64,000 nucleotides of DNA. Origin: Malacoraja senta (taxonomy: Eukaryota). This document shows positions 1 to 11,876 of this stretch, in pieces; position 1 is the stretch's first letter; each line of letters opens with the position of its first letter. Location of the stretch: contig CM075993.1 in assembly GCA_038087875.1 (NCBI GenBank), positions 1,614,001-1,678,000 of the forward strand, in the 5' to 3' direction. The notes under the pieces are model-generated. The model was not told the DNA's origin. It searched no databases and worked only from the letters and a program-made list of their open reading frames with translations. Made by a program: the position numbers and the translations under genes.

Positions 1-174
1 CAATTGAAATTGCAGGTCAGGAACCGCTGAAAAAGGGTCCCCGAGTCACCAGAGACAGCAAACGTTGGGATGTGGAACACTAACTGCTGGAGGAACTCAG
101 TAGGTCCGGCAGCATCTGCTCACCTGGATCAGGTGTGCTCCACGACTTTCAAGAGGTGGACTGGACTTTGCATT

Positions 175-585
175 AGGTCCTTTGACCCAATTCATTCATG
201 CTGACCAATGTGCCTTCCTGAGCTAGTCCCATTTGCCGATATTTGGCCCATATCCCACCCAACATTTCCTATCCATGTACCTGGCCAAGCGCCGATTAAA
301 TATTGTGATTTTACCCACCACTATCACTCCCTTTGGCAGCTCATTCCAAATATCACCATCTGTATGAAAAAGTTGTCCTTCGGGTCCTCTTTAAATCTTT
401 CCCCTCGTACATTAAATCTATGCCCTCTAGTTTTAGACTTCCCTACCTGAAGAGAAAGCCAGTGGCCATCCATCTTATCTCTGCTCCTCGTGATTTTATA
501 TCGGTCTACATGGTTGTCCATTAGCCTCCTTTGCTCCAGAGAAAGCCCATCTTTTATCGTCTTGTAACGCAAGCTCTCCAGTTTC
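175..585 (-). mobile_element. Degenerate CR1 LINE 3' fragment
   Basis: Minus-strand translation (SLEQRRL...YKI...GKSKTRGHRFNVRGERFK) resembles the CR1 ORF2 C-terminus seen in the long copies in this window. Confidence 0.75.
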
Positions 586-603
586 AACAACATAATTTTC
601 AAA

Positions 604-785
604 AAAACAAGGAACTGCAGATGCTGGTTGACACAGAAAGACTGGGGTAACTCAGCAGGCCAGGCAGCATCTCTGGAGAACATGAATAGGTACCTTTACA
701 GTGGTCCCAATCCGAAATATCACCTATCCATGTTCTCCAGAGATGCTGCCTGACCCGCTGAGCTACCCCAGCACTTTATGTCCTT
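604..785. mobile_element. Penelope-derived pseudo-LTR element, inverted pair
   Basis: aggaactgcagatgctgg...gtaactcagcaggccaggcagcatctctggagaac is followed by its reverse complement; the same repeat family lies downstream of the GIY-YIG fragments in this window. Confidence 0.75.
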
Positions 786-1129
786 TAGGGTCTGTGTACT
801 TACCTTCACCTTCTGTATGTAACAGGGTGGTTGGCTACTCCCAAGATGTCCGAATGTTTAGTTGATCAGTTACATCCCGAGAAAGAGCTGTTTCTCCATC
901 TTCTCTTGTTTGATGTGTCTCAAAGCTGAGTCAGCAGTTTTGAGGCCGTTATCTCTCGTTTCATGTGTGCTTGTAAGCCAATTACCCCGAGGCCCATTGT
1001 CCTGATAAGATTGCCAGTTGGACAACTATCTTATCTTGTCAGGACAGTCACCGCTGCTATCTCTTTGGTAATTTGGCAATTCTATCAATCATGTTAGGTC
1101 AAGTCGAGTTGAGTTTATTGTCACAGAGG

Positions 1130-1850
1130 GCAAAGCTTTACTGTGAGAGGAGCTAAGCTTAAAGAAGATGTGCAGGGGAAAATGTTCACAAAGAATTTGG
1201 TGTGTGCATGGAATATATTGCCTGGGGTGATGGTGGAGGCAGATATAATAGTGGTGTTTAAGAGTTTTTCTCTGGAGCATCAGAGGTGCAGGGAAGGCGT
1301 AATAGAAGGTTATACAATTAGGAGAGATATAGATAGGATGGACTGTCAGGGTATTTTTCTAGGGTGAAAATATTAAATACTAGGGGGCATAGCTTTAAGG
1401 CAGTAACGGTTTAAAGGAGAGTTACGAGGCATGTTTTTTTACACAGAGGTGGTAGATTCCTGGAACGTGGTGCCCGAGGGAAGTATTCTTCTTGCATATG
1501 GCGTGCACAGCCTAAAGTTGTAGGACAACTTGTTCCATTTGATCTTATTTGATTGTGCACACTAGGTTGATTGCATTCGTTGAAACAGGGCGGACCACGT
1601 GAAGGTTGCAATCTCCCTAAGGGAAGTGGTGGAAGGAGATACAGTAACATTGTTCAGGAAGCGTTTAGACAGGGTCATGAACAGGGAGGGAATGAAGAGA
1701 TATAGGCAATGTGCAGGCACACGTGCATTTTATGTTGGCATCTGCTGCCTGTCCCGCTGAGTTACGCCAGCTTTTTGTGTCTGTCATGGTCAGCACAGAT
1801 GTTGTGGGCTGAAGGGCTTGTTGCTGTTCTGTTCTGTTCTGTTTTATGTT
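1130..1850 (+). mobile_element. Old CR1 3' fragments hosting ribozyme-SINE copy 1
   Basis: RGAKLKEDVQGKMFT...WNILPGVMVEA motif; the host sequence resumes after the insert (gagggaagt|ggtggaagg). Confidence 0.7.
1486..1617 (-). mobile_element. HDV-ribozyme-headed SINE-like element, copy 1 (about 5 nt missing at 5' end)
   Basis: Close match to 12793-12933; 8-bp TSD agggaagt at 1477-1484 and 1620-1627; (AAG)n tail. Confidence 0.85.
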
Positions 1851-2009
1851 CTTTATGGTTTACTGATCAGAACTTGCAAGTCCCTTTGTGGGAGCTCTCT
1901 CCATCTCTCCTGCCGTCCGTTGTACTGTGGAGCTGGCCAAAATTATGTTTGCAATGGTGGTCTCCACCATCTCCACAGTCGGCATGGGCGGTGGGCAGCA
2001 AGGCTTATC

Positions 2010-2130
2010 TCTGTCTTCTCCCCACCCCCTATCAGTCTGAAGAAGGGTTTCGGCCTGAAACGTTGCCTATTTCCTTCGCTCCATAGATGCTGCTGCACCC
2101 GCTGAGTTTCTCCAGCATTTTTGTGTACCT
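2010..2130 (+). mobile_element. Penelope pseudo-LTR fragment with hammerhead-like motif
   Basis: cagtCTGAAGAagggtttcggcctGAAACGTTgcc at about 2033-2067. Confidence 0.7.
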
Positions 2131-2154
2131 TATCTCTGTGTTGTATGTGCTGTG

Positions 2155-2553
2155 TCATAGAGTTATAGAGTGATACAGCATGGAAACAAGCCCTTCGGCC
2201 CAACTTGCCCACACCGGCCAACAATGTCCCAGCTACATTAGTCCCACCTGCTCACAAACGTTTGGTCCATATCCCTCCAAACCTGCTCTATCCATATACC
2301 CATCTAACTATTTCTTAAATGTTGGGAGTCCCGGCCTCAACTACGTCCTCTGGCAGCTTGTTCCATACACCCACCATCCTTTGTGTGAAAAAGTTACTCC
2401 TCAGATTCCTATTAAATCTTTCCCCCTTCACCTTAAACCTATGTCCTCTGGTCCTCGATTCACCTACTCTGGGCAAGAGGCTCTGTGCATCTACCCGATC
2501 CATTCCTCTCATGATTTTATACACCTCTATAAGATCACCCCTCATCTTCCTGC
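2155..2553 (-). mobile_element. CR1 LINE 3' fragment
   Basis: ORF 2315-2545 reads RGDLIEVYKIMRGMDRVD...SRTRGHRFKVKGERF...WNKLP, followed by a 3' UTR with a short tandem tail. Confidence 0.85.
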
Positions 2554-5500
2554 GATACCAAGATAAAATGCAAATTGGAAATCATGTTAGAGACCTGCTT
2601 CATCTACTTGGAAAGATTGTCCCAAGAAAGCTCAGAGTAAATCCTAAGCTCCATAGAGTTAGGGTGGCACAGTGGCGCAGTGGTAGAGTTGCTGCCTCAC
2701 GGCACTGCAGACCTGGGTTCAATCTTGACCTCACGTGCTGTCTGTACAGAGTTGGGAAAATTATGTTGTTGTCCTGCATGGTCAAGGTCTCAAAAGGTGT
2801 GAAGGTATGTTGGTGGCACTGGAGCCAACAGCAGTGTGGTCAGAGTGATGTAAGTGTATGGTCAACAGGTCATGAGTAGGCATTAAAACTGGCTTTGTGT
2901 CAATTGATAAAGTCACATGGTCATTGCCAGATAGGAATATGTGTCAGATAAGAATAGCTAGAACAATGGAGAGACCGGAAACAGATGTATAGACCAGACA
3001 GTTAACTTGTTTCTATCTCATCTCTTTATCAGTTGAGTTAAGAGGACTTATTGTGAAATTATCTATATTCCTTTCTGCCTATCTACATATTATCAGTCCA
3101 CCTGTCTGCCTGCTTTCCTAATAACCACCAAACCCTAATCTCCAATTAAAATCAAAAAGTGCTGGAGGCTCTGTTTGCTGGGCTCCACATGCAAAAAGCG
3201 ACACAGAATCAACATGGGCGGCATAGTGGAGCAGCAAGTAGAGCTGATGACTCACAGCGCCTGAGGCCCGGGTTCAATCATGAGCTCAGTTGTTTGTCTG
3301 TATGTGGTTTGCAAATTCTCACCCTGACCATTTGCATTTGCTCCGGATTCCTCCTACATCCCAAAAATATGCGAGTCAGATGAGGAAAGAAGGGAGGGGG
3401 GGAATGAATTGTGGAGTGGGAGGGATGGATGAGGGGGAATTGGTGGGATAAAAGGGGAGGGGGGATGGGAGATGAATGTATGAAGGAGTGGAGAGGAGCA
3501 GGCAGACAGGGTGGGTGGGTGTGAGATGGTGAGGGATGTCACAGTTCCTGTGCTATCATATCCTACACACATGCGGCAATTTACAGAAACCAATTAACCT
3601 ACAAACCTGCATGTCTTTGGAATGTGGGAGTAAACAGGAGCATCTGGACAAAATCCATTCCATGAGATCTTGTGCTTGTCGCACTGGTATAACAAGCCAT
3701 TGGTTAGTCAAGACTCTGCTCTAAGCATTAAGTTAGGAGGAACATGTTGGAATTAGTCTGCTATATAGCCTCTTACTCAAGCAGGCCTTGATGTGGTGTG
3801 GCCACTTTATGACCCTTGCCTTAAATGTATGTAGTGTTCAGGTTTTGTGTTAGAAAGAGCCCAGAGGGTTATGATTTCTTGACCTATTCCACATTAATAT
3901 ATTAACGGATGACATTCCAAGCTGACCAGAGTGGGGTTGTAGTGCGGTGCGTTATTCCACTGTTGTTAAACGTGAGGCAGCAGTTTCCAATGATAAAGCC
4001 TCTGTGTGTCTGAGGCATGATATCCCGACTCCAATCTGCTGCCGTTGTGCTGATGTGCTGCATAAACAGACGTGTGATCTGCAGGACTTCTTGCACTCTA
4101 TTATCTGCCTGTTGCAGAGCTTTTAATTAAGTTAATAAGCAAGAAATCAACACTAGTTTTGTTTATCGAAGGGTTACCTGTGATAAATTTGTTGAGTGTT
4201 GTAATCCTTCTCTGAATTAACACAAGGTGCCCTGGGTGTGCAGTACATTCTGTTCTTGTGTCGTGGCGCCTCCCCACCCTTGGATCAGCATTCCAACAGA
4301 CTTCATCCTGTAGAACCTTATTGTATTCCTCTACTCCACCGGAATTGACCACTTCCATCTGGTAATCTCCGTGTCTCCGTCCGAATGTTCTTTTCACCAC
4401 CTGCCCTGGAGTTTGCTATAGTGCCCCCAGTGTCCAGACTCAAGTTGTGGGCACATGCCGAGTACAAAAGTGAATGCAGCAGCGGGCCGTTGAACATGTC
4501 CCAAATCCAGCTGCACACTCTGGTCCAAAGGCCAAACCTGCTGACGCTGCAATTCTGAAATAAAACCTCGGAACGCTAGAAATACTCAGCAAGTCAAGCA
4601 GCAACCAGGAAGAAGGAATCAGGGTTAATGTTCCAGGTCAATGATCTTACATCAGCACTGGGATATGAAGCATGCATTTTAAGGTCGAGAAAAGGAGGAG
4701 GGGTGCAGTGAAGAAAGGGAATGTCAGTAATGGGTGGAGACTGAGTGACAAAAGAGGCGTTAATGTGGGCTGAGGCAAGGGTGAAAGGTTGTTAGAGAAA
4801 CAATGAAGGTGATCTTCACTGTTGGTGGCATTGTGTGTTTTGACCTGTTCTTTGAGTCTGGCTTTGATGTGGAGCTCAGGAATGCTCCTAATTACCACTC
4901 AGATCGGGTCAGCAAATAAAGATAATCTCATTGAGCAACACTGCATTTCTTAACCAAGTCGGTTTATTCAGGCCTTAACTATATTATGGGTAACAATCTG
5001 TCAGGGCTGAAATTACTTCACTTCACACAACATTTAGAGCATTTTATAGTTCCTGATAACATGGTTCCTTGCGGGTTTCATTTTACCAGTAGTGAAGATT
5101 TATTTCTAATCATTGATCCTTGCTTTATCTCTGCTGGGCGTCTAACCTTCTGATAGCGAGGACCTCTATTCCTGTTGTTTAGAAAACTATTTTCCATTTG
5201 TCCCGCAAATGGGTGTTATAAAGTAATTCCTCTCTCCTCATGATCAGATTTATTGCCCTCAGCCTCGTTTACACACATCCTATGTTTACCTTTCCCATCT
5301 GAACCCTACCCGAAACATCACCCATCCTTTTTCCCCACTGAGTTTCTCCAGCACTTGTGTCTGTCTTCGGTATAAACCAGCATCTGCAGTTCCTTTCCAC
5401 ACACAACATTAACCTTTACTCCAGCTTGCAGCTGTATGTCTTGCAATCTAAACACTTCCTAAATCTATTTATTGCCTCTCCTAAAGTGACCTTTAAGTGA

Positions 5501-5741
5501 CCTTCACTATGTTGGCCCCTTTCCTCATCATGTTTCTCTGGTATGCATGCTCGCAGGTTAACTACATTACAAACTTGCCCAATTTTCTTATAATTTCCAT
5601 AAATTCCTATATCATCACTATGACTACTGTGTTTACCTGTTATGCTGCTGCAAGTAAGAATTTAATTGTTCCATTTTCAGTACATATGACAATTAAGTAA
5701 ATGGATATATTTGTGTTGTGTTTTAAAGTTTTCTTTAACAA

Positions 5742-8700
5742 AGGGGGTGAATCTGTGGAATTCTTTGCCACAGACGGCTGTGGAGGCCAAGTCAGTGGAT
5801 ATTTTTAAGGCAGAGATAGATACATAGATACATAGAAAATAGGTGCAGGAGTAGGCCATTCGGCCCTTCGAGCCTGCACCGCCATTCAATATGATCATGG
5901 CTGATCATCCAACTCAGTATCCCGTACCTGCCTTCTCTCCATACCCCCTGGTCCCTTTAGCCACAAGGGCCACATCTAACTCCCTCTTAAATATAGCCAA
6001 TGAACTGGCCTCAACTACCCTCTGTGGCAGAGAGTTCCAGAGATTCACCACTCTCTGTGTGAAAATGTTTTTTCTCATTTCGGTCTTAAAGGATTTCCCC
6101 CTTATCCTTAAGCTGTGACCCCTTGTCCTGGACTTCCCCAACATCGGGAACAATCTTCCTGCATCTAGCCTGTCCAACCCCATAAGAATTTTGTATGTTT
6201 CTATAAGATCCCCTCTCAATCTCCTAAATTCTAGCGAGTATAAGCCAAGTCTATCCAGTCTTTCTTCATTTGAAAGTCCTGACATCCCAGGAATCAGTCT
6301 GGTGAACCTTCTCTGCACTCCCTCTATGGCTATAATGTCCTTCCTCAGATTTGGAGACCAAAACTGTATGCAATACTCCAGGTGCGGTCTCACCAAGACC
6401 CTATACAACTGCAGTAGAACCTCCCTGCTCCTATACTCAAATCCTTTTGCTATGAAAGCTAACATACCATTCGCTTTCTTCACTGCCTGCTGCACCTGCA
6501 TGCCTACTTTCAATGACTGGTGTACCATGACACCCAGGTCTCGCTGCATCTCCCCTTTTCCTAATCGGCCACCATTTAGATAATAGTCTGCTTTCCTATT
6601 TTTGCCACCAAAGTGGATAACCTCACATTTATCCACATTATATTGCATCTGCCAAACATCCAAGTCACCTTGCAGTCTCCTAGCATCCTCCTCACAGCTA
6701 ACACTGCCCCCCCAGCTTAGTGTCATCCGCAAACTTGGAGATGTTGCCTTCAATTCCCTCATCCAGTTCATTAATATAAATTGTAAATAGCTGGGGTCCC
6801 AGCACTGAGCCTTGCGGTACCCCACTAGTCACTGCCTGCCATTGTGAAAAGGACCCGTTTACTCCTACTCTTTGCTTCCTGTTTGCCAGCCAGTTCTCTA
6901 TCCACATCAATACTGAACCCCCAACACCGTGTGCTTTAAGTTTGTATACTAATCTCTTATGTGGGACCTTGTCGAAAGCCTTCTGAAAGTCCAGATACAA
7001 CACATCCACTGGTTCTCCCCTATCCACTCTACTAGTTACATCCTCGAAAAATTCTATAAGATTCGTCAGACATGATTTACCTTTCGTAAATCCATGCTGA
7101 CTTTGTCCAATGATTTCACCACTTTCCAAATGTGATGCTATCCCATCTTTAATAACTGACTCTAGCTGTTTTCCCACTACCGATGTTAGACTAACTGGTC
7201 TGTAATTCCCCGTTTTCTCTCTCCCTCCCTTCTTAAAAAGTGGGGTTACGTTTGCTACCCTCCAATCCTCTGGAACTACTCCAGAATCTAAAGAGTTTTG
7301 AAAAATTATCACTAATGCATCCACTATTTCTGGAGCTACTTCCTTAAGTACTCTGGGATGCAGCCTATCTGGCCCTTGTGATTTATCGGCCTTTAATCCA
7401 TTCAATTTACCCAACACCACTTCCCGACTAACCTGGATTTCACTCAGTTCCTCCATCTCCTTTGACCCGCGGTCCCCTGCTATTTCCGGCAGATTATTTA
7501 TGTCTTCCTTAGTGAAGACGGAACCAAAGTAGTTATTCAATTGGTCCGCCATATCCTTGTTCCCCATGATCAATTCACCTGTTTCTGACTGCAAGGGACC
7601 TACATTTGTTTTAACTAATCTCTTTCTCTTCACATATCTATAAAAACTTTTGCAGTCAGTTTTTATGTTCCCTGCCAGTTTTCTTTCATAATCTATTTTC
7701 CCTTTCCTAATTAAGCCCTTTGTCCTCCTCTGCTGGTATCTGAATTTCTCCCAGTCTTCTGATATGCTGCTTTTTCTGGCTAATTTGTACGCATCATCTT
7801 TTGCTTTGATACTATCCCTGATTTCCCTTGTTATCCACGGATGCACTACCTTCCCTGATTTATTCTTTTGCCAAACTGGGATGAACAATTTTTGTAGTTC
7901 ATCCATGCAGTCTTTAAATGCCTTCCATTGCATATCCACCGTCAACCCTTTTAGAACTAATTGCCAGTCAATCTTGGCCAATTCACGTCTCATACCCTCA
8001 AAGTTACCTTTCTTTAAGTTCAGAACCGTTGTTTCTGAATTAACAATGTCACTCTCCATCCTAATGAAGAACTCAACCATATTATGGTCACTCTTGCCCA
8101 AGGGGGCATGCACAACAAGACTGCTAACTAACCGTTCGTCATTACTCAATACGCAGTCTAGAATAGCCTGCTCTCTCGTTGGTTCCTCTACATGTTGGTT
8201 TAGATAACTATCCCGCATACATTCCAAGAAATCCACTTCCTCAGCACCCCTGCCAATTTGATTCACCCAATCTATATGTAGATTGAAGTCATCCATTATA
8301 ACTGTTTTGCCTTTGTTGCACGCATTTCTATTTTCCTGTTTGATGCCATCCCCAACTTCATTACTACTGCTGTAGGTGGCCTGTACACAACACCCACCAG
8401 CATTTTCTGCCCCTTAGTGTTTTGCAGCTCTACCCATACCGATTCCACATCCTCCAAGCTAATGTCCTTCCTTTCCACTGCGTTAATCTCCTCTCTAACC
8501 AGCAACGCTACCCCACCTCCTTTTCCTTTCTCTCTATCCCTCCTGAATATTGAATATCCCTGGATGTTCAGCTCCCAGCCTTGGTCACCCTGGAGCCATG
8601 TCTCCGTGATCCCAACTATGTCATAATCATTAATAGCTATCTGCACGTTCAACTCATCCACCTTATTACGAATGCTCCTTGCATTGAGACACAAAGCCTT

Positions 8701-8934
8701 CAGGCTTGTTTTTACAACGCTCTTACCCCTTATACAATTATGTTGAAAAGTGGCCCTTTTTGATTTTTGCCCTGGATTTGTCTGCCTACCACTTTTACTT
8801 TTCACCTTGATTAGTACGGGTGTCAGGGGTTATGGGGAGAAGGCAGGAGAATGGGATTAAGAGGGGAAAGATAGATCAGCCGTGATTGAATGTCGGAGTA
8901 GACTTGATGGCCGAGTGGCGTAATTCTGCTCCTA
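5742..8934 (+). mobile_element. CR1 3' fragment split by the long CR1 insertion (pieces 5742-5819 and 8806-8934)
   Basis: ...aaggcagagataga | cttgattagtacgggtgtcagggg... is contiguous in the uninterrupted relative at about 52160-52375. Confidence 0.75.
5822..8807 (-). mobile_element. CR1-clade LINE, 5'-truncated, near-complete ORF2 (APE endonuclease + RT), disabled
   Basis: ORFs 8296-8805 (LNARSIRNK, GITETW, VYRPP), 6698-8296 ([46 protein letters not shown]) and 5914-6825 (C-terminus). Frameshifts near 8360 and 6705; small deletion near 6655 relative to the second copy; 8-nt tandem tail. Confidence 0.95.
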
Positions 8935-9209
8935 TCGCCCCGGCGCGGGAGTTTCGATCGTCCCAACTGCGGGAACTTCGACTGCCCCGACCGCGGGAGA
9001 ATAAAGAGGAAGAAGATTGGACTTTATTGCCTTCCATCCCAGTGAGGAATGTGGGGAATGCGCTGTGGTGGATGTTTATGTTAACTTTTATGTAGTTGTG
9101 TGTCTTGTTGCTTTTTTTTCGTATGGCTGTATGGTAATTCGCATATCACTGTACCTTAATTGGTACATGTGACAATAAAAGCTCTTTGAAACCTTTGAAA
9201 CCTTTGAAT
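8935..9209 (+). mobile_element. 5'-truncated GC-rich non-autonomous retroelement with Rex1-like tail
   Basis: Hairpin tccatcccagtg/cgctgtggtgga shared with elements at 55010 and 62350; ends in gtgacaataaa plus (cctttgaaa)n. Confidence 0.55.
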
Positions 9210-9459
9210 TTATGAACTTATAAACATTCTTGACTCTTGTGTTAACTCCAGGAGAAATACAAAGTGCAGAATGATATACAATGCCTGGCCTTGCTTGACA
9301 CCACAAACTCCTTTGACTCGGTCAATCAAGAAGAACTGTTGAGCGGCCTCTCTCATGCCCAATAAAATGCATCTCCATCCTGTATCTGCTACATGGTGGC
9401 ATGCAGACCTCTCGTGTTAACCAGTGAGTCCACAATAGACTGAATCTCATTACAGTATA

Positions 9460-9790
9460 TAATCATGAGGGGGATAGTTAGGGTGAACGCACAGAGTCTT
9501 TTACTCAGGGTCGTGGAATGAAGAACCAGAGGATATAGGTTTAAGATGAGAGGGGGAAGAATTAAAAGGAACCTGAGTGGCAACGTTTTCTCTCAGAGAA
9601 TGGTGGGTATATGGAATGAGCCGCCAGAGGAGGTGGTTGAAGCAGGTACAATAACAAGACACGTGGACAGGCCCATGGAGAAGAAAGGTTTAGAGGATTT
9701 GGACCAAATGCAGGCAAGTGGGACTAGCTTAGACAGGCCATCTTGGTTGGCATGGACGTGTTAGGCCGGGGGGGCTTGTTTCTGTGCTGT
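9460..9790 (+). mobile_element. CR1 3' fragment
   Basis: RGGRIKRNLSGNVFSQRMVGIWNEPPEEVVEAG motif. Confidence 0.75.
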
Positions 9791-10084
9791 GACTGGTTTC
9801 AAGGCTGTGTCAACCTCCAATATTGTTGTCAATCTTCCCCACTGAGGTGTTACATCTTATTACTACCAAAGAGCTGTAATCTGCAGGTCACATTGGCAAA
9901 GGTTCGGTTTATGTCATATTCACTACTGTATCATTTGGCAAAAACTTCAATCATTGTGCAAGGGCGATGCTTGTGTGTGGACATGTTTTTTTTAGGCTAA
10001 GGTCCAGATTAAACTAAAACTAATCTAAATTATTGTTCAACAAAGCAGAAAATGCTGAAAACACTCAACAGGCAGGCCACATCT

Positions 10085-10388
10085 GGGGCGGCAAAGTGGC
10101 ACCCTAGTAGAGTGTCTGCCGCACAGCGCCAGAGACCCGGGTTCGATCCTGACTATGGGTGCTGTCTGTACAGAGTTCGTATGCTCTGCCTGTGACCACA
10201 TGGGTTTTCTCCGGGTGCTCTGGTTTCCTCCCACATTCCAAAAATGTGCAGGTTTGTCGGTTCATTGGCTTCTGTAAATTGTCCCTAGTGTGTGGGACAG
10301 AACTGGTGTACGGGATGATCGCTGGTTGGCGCGGACTCGGTGGGCCAACAGGCCTGTTTCCATGCTGTATCTCTAAACTAAACTAAGC
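10085..10388 (+). mobile_element. tRNA-derived V-SINE (HE1-like), full length
   Basis: tRNA-like head with B box gggttcgatcc; central tgggttttctccgggtgctctggtttcctcccaca V-domain; CR1-like 3' end with (ctaaa)n tail. Confidence 0.85.
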
Positions 10389-10948
10389 TATGGAAAGAGG
10401 AAGAGAATTAACATTTCAGGTCAAAGACCCTTTGTCAGTATTTGGTAGAAGACAAAAGAAACTTAGACATAAGGAACTGCAACTGTTAGTTTACGGAAAA
10501 AGAAACAAGTGCAGGAGTAACTCAACGGGTCAAGCAGCATCTTTGGAGGATATGAATAGGCTACATCTTGTGATGGTGGGACCCTTCATTCTGATTGGTG
10601 CAGGGAGGAGAGAGCTGGAAAAGAGGTGGTGGTGGGACAAAGCCTGGCGAGTGATAGGTGGATACACATTGGGGGTTTTGATGGGCAGATGGTTTGACAA
10701 AGGTCAAAGATGAAAAGACAAAAAGTGTGAGATAAGGAGACCAATAGACAATAGATGCAGGAGTAGGCCATTTGGCCCTTCGAGCCAGCACCGCCATTCA
10801 ACGTGATCATGGCTGATCATCCACAATCGGTACCCCGTTCCTGCCTTCTCCCCATATCCCCTGACTCCGCTATCAAAGATGGAAAAAGGTGAAATATGAA
10901 GCCAGATGAAGCAATATAAGTGGAAGGAGACGTGAAACAAACGTGTGT

Positions 10949-11188
10949 AGAGATGTTGCCCATCCCGCTGAGTTACTCCAGCTGTTTATGTCTATCTTCA
11001 GTTTAAACCGGCATCTGCAGATGCCGGTTTAAACTGAAAGATACAAACAGCTGGAGTAACTCAGTGGGACGGGCAACATCTCTGGAGAAAAGGAGTAGGT
11101 GACGTTTCCCAAAATGTCACCTATTCCTTCCCTCCAGAGATGCTGTCTGACCTGCTGAGTTACTCCAGCTTTTTGTGTCTATCTTCAG
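10949..11188. mobile_element. Three alternating-orientation Penelope pseudo-LTR arms
   Basis: Arms run +, -, +; spacerless palindrome centred on ctgcag at 11015-11020. Confidence 0.75.
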
Positions 11189-11876
11189 GAAACAAGCTTG
11201 TTAAGGTGCTGTGAGAGAGGGGAGGAGAATGTCCCTGATGGGATTAAAACCAGGGTGTCTCTGATAGGATTAAAACAAGGGTGACCATGGAGATATGCAG
11301 TAAACAAAGATGTCTGCTTCATGAATGCTTGGGAAAAGTCAGAGACTGGGAACATAGACAATAGAATGTTGTCCCCGTTAGCTCACTAGGGTATCGACTG
11401 ACGTGTTGCACAATGAGACGCTAAACCAAGGTTCAGAACAACTTAATCTTAACACTCAAGTTACTTAAACATGCATGTAAGCCAGCGGTTCCTGCAAATT
11501 GCTTCTAGTGTGTAGGTAAGTGATAGAATTTGGCAGAGGTTGATGAGAATGTGGAGAGAATAAGTTACAGGGGAAATTGGCGTGGGAAAGGATCCTCTAG
11601 GATCCTTTATGAATTGGCATAGACTCAATGGGCTGAATGACCTACACAAACGTCCTTGGGAAATATTTTAAAAGTAAAATAATGAAGTAATAAAAGTAAA
11701 ACAGTAAAAAGTAAAAAAGCACCTCCTCAATTGTCATAATCTGCAGATCGTGGATCACCATTGAACTAAATGCGGTCTTTGATCCAACTCCAGTACTGAC
11801 CTCGCTTCAGGTCTGGACACGTCTACAGTCTAAAGAAGGGTTCCCGACCGGAAAGTTGTCTGTCCATTCCCATATG

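Noticed and set aside
4101..4560. Non-repeat-looking stretch with minus-strand ORFs and an apparent splice acceptor (ttttatttcag)
   Set aside because: No frame gave a recognisable protein, and the acceptor lies at the edge of an old Penelope-like repeat. An exon or UTR cannot be excluded without RNA data.
6191..8763. Plus-strand ORFs of 60-147 aa overlapping the LINE (and equivalents at 35182-38314 and in the Gypsy element)
   Set aside because: These are antisense shadows of retroelement coding sequence.
10085..10160. tRNA-like sequence with A/B boxes
   Set aside because: It is the head of a V-SINE and continues into the V-domain and LINE tail; it is not a tRNA gene.
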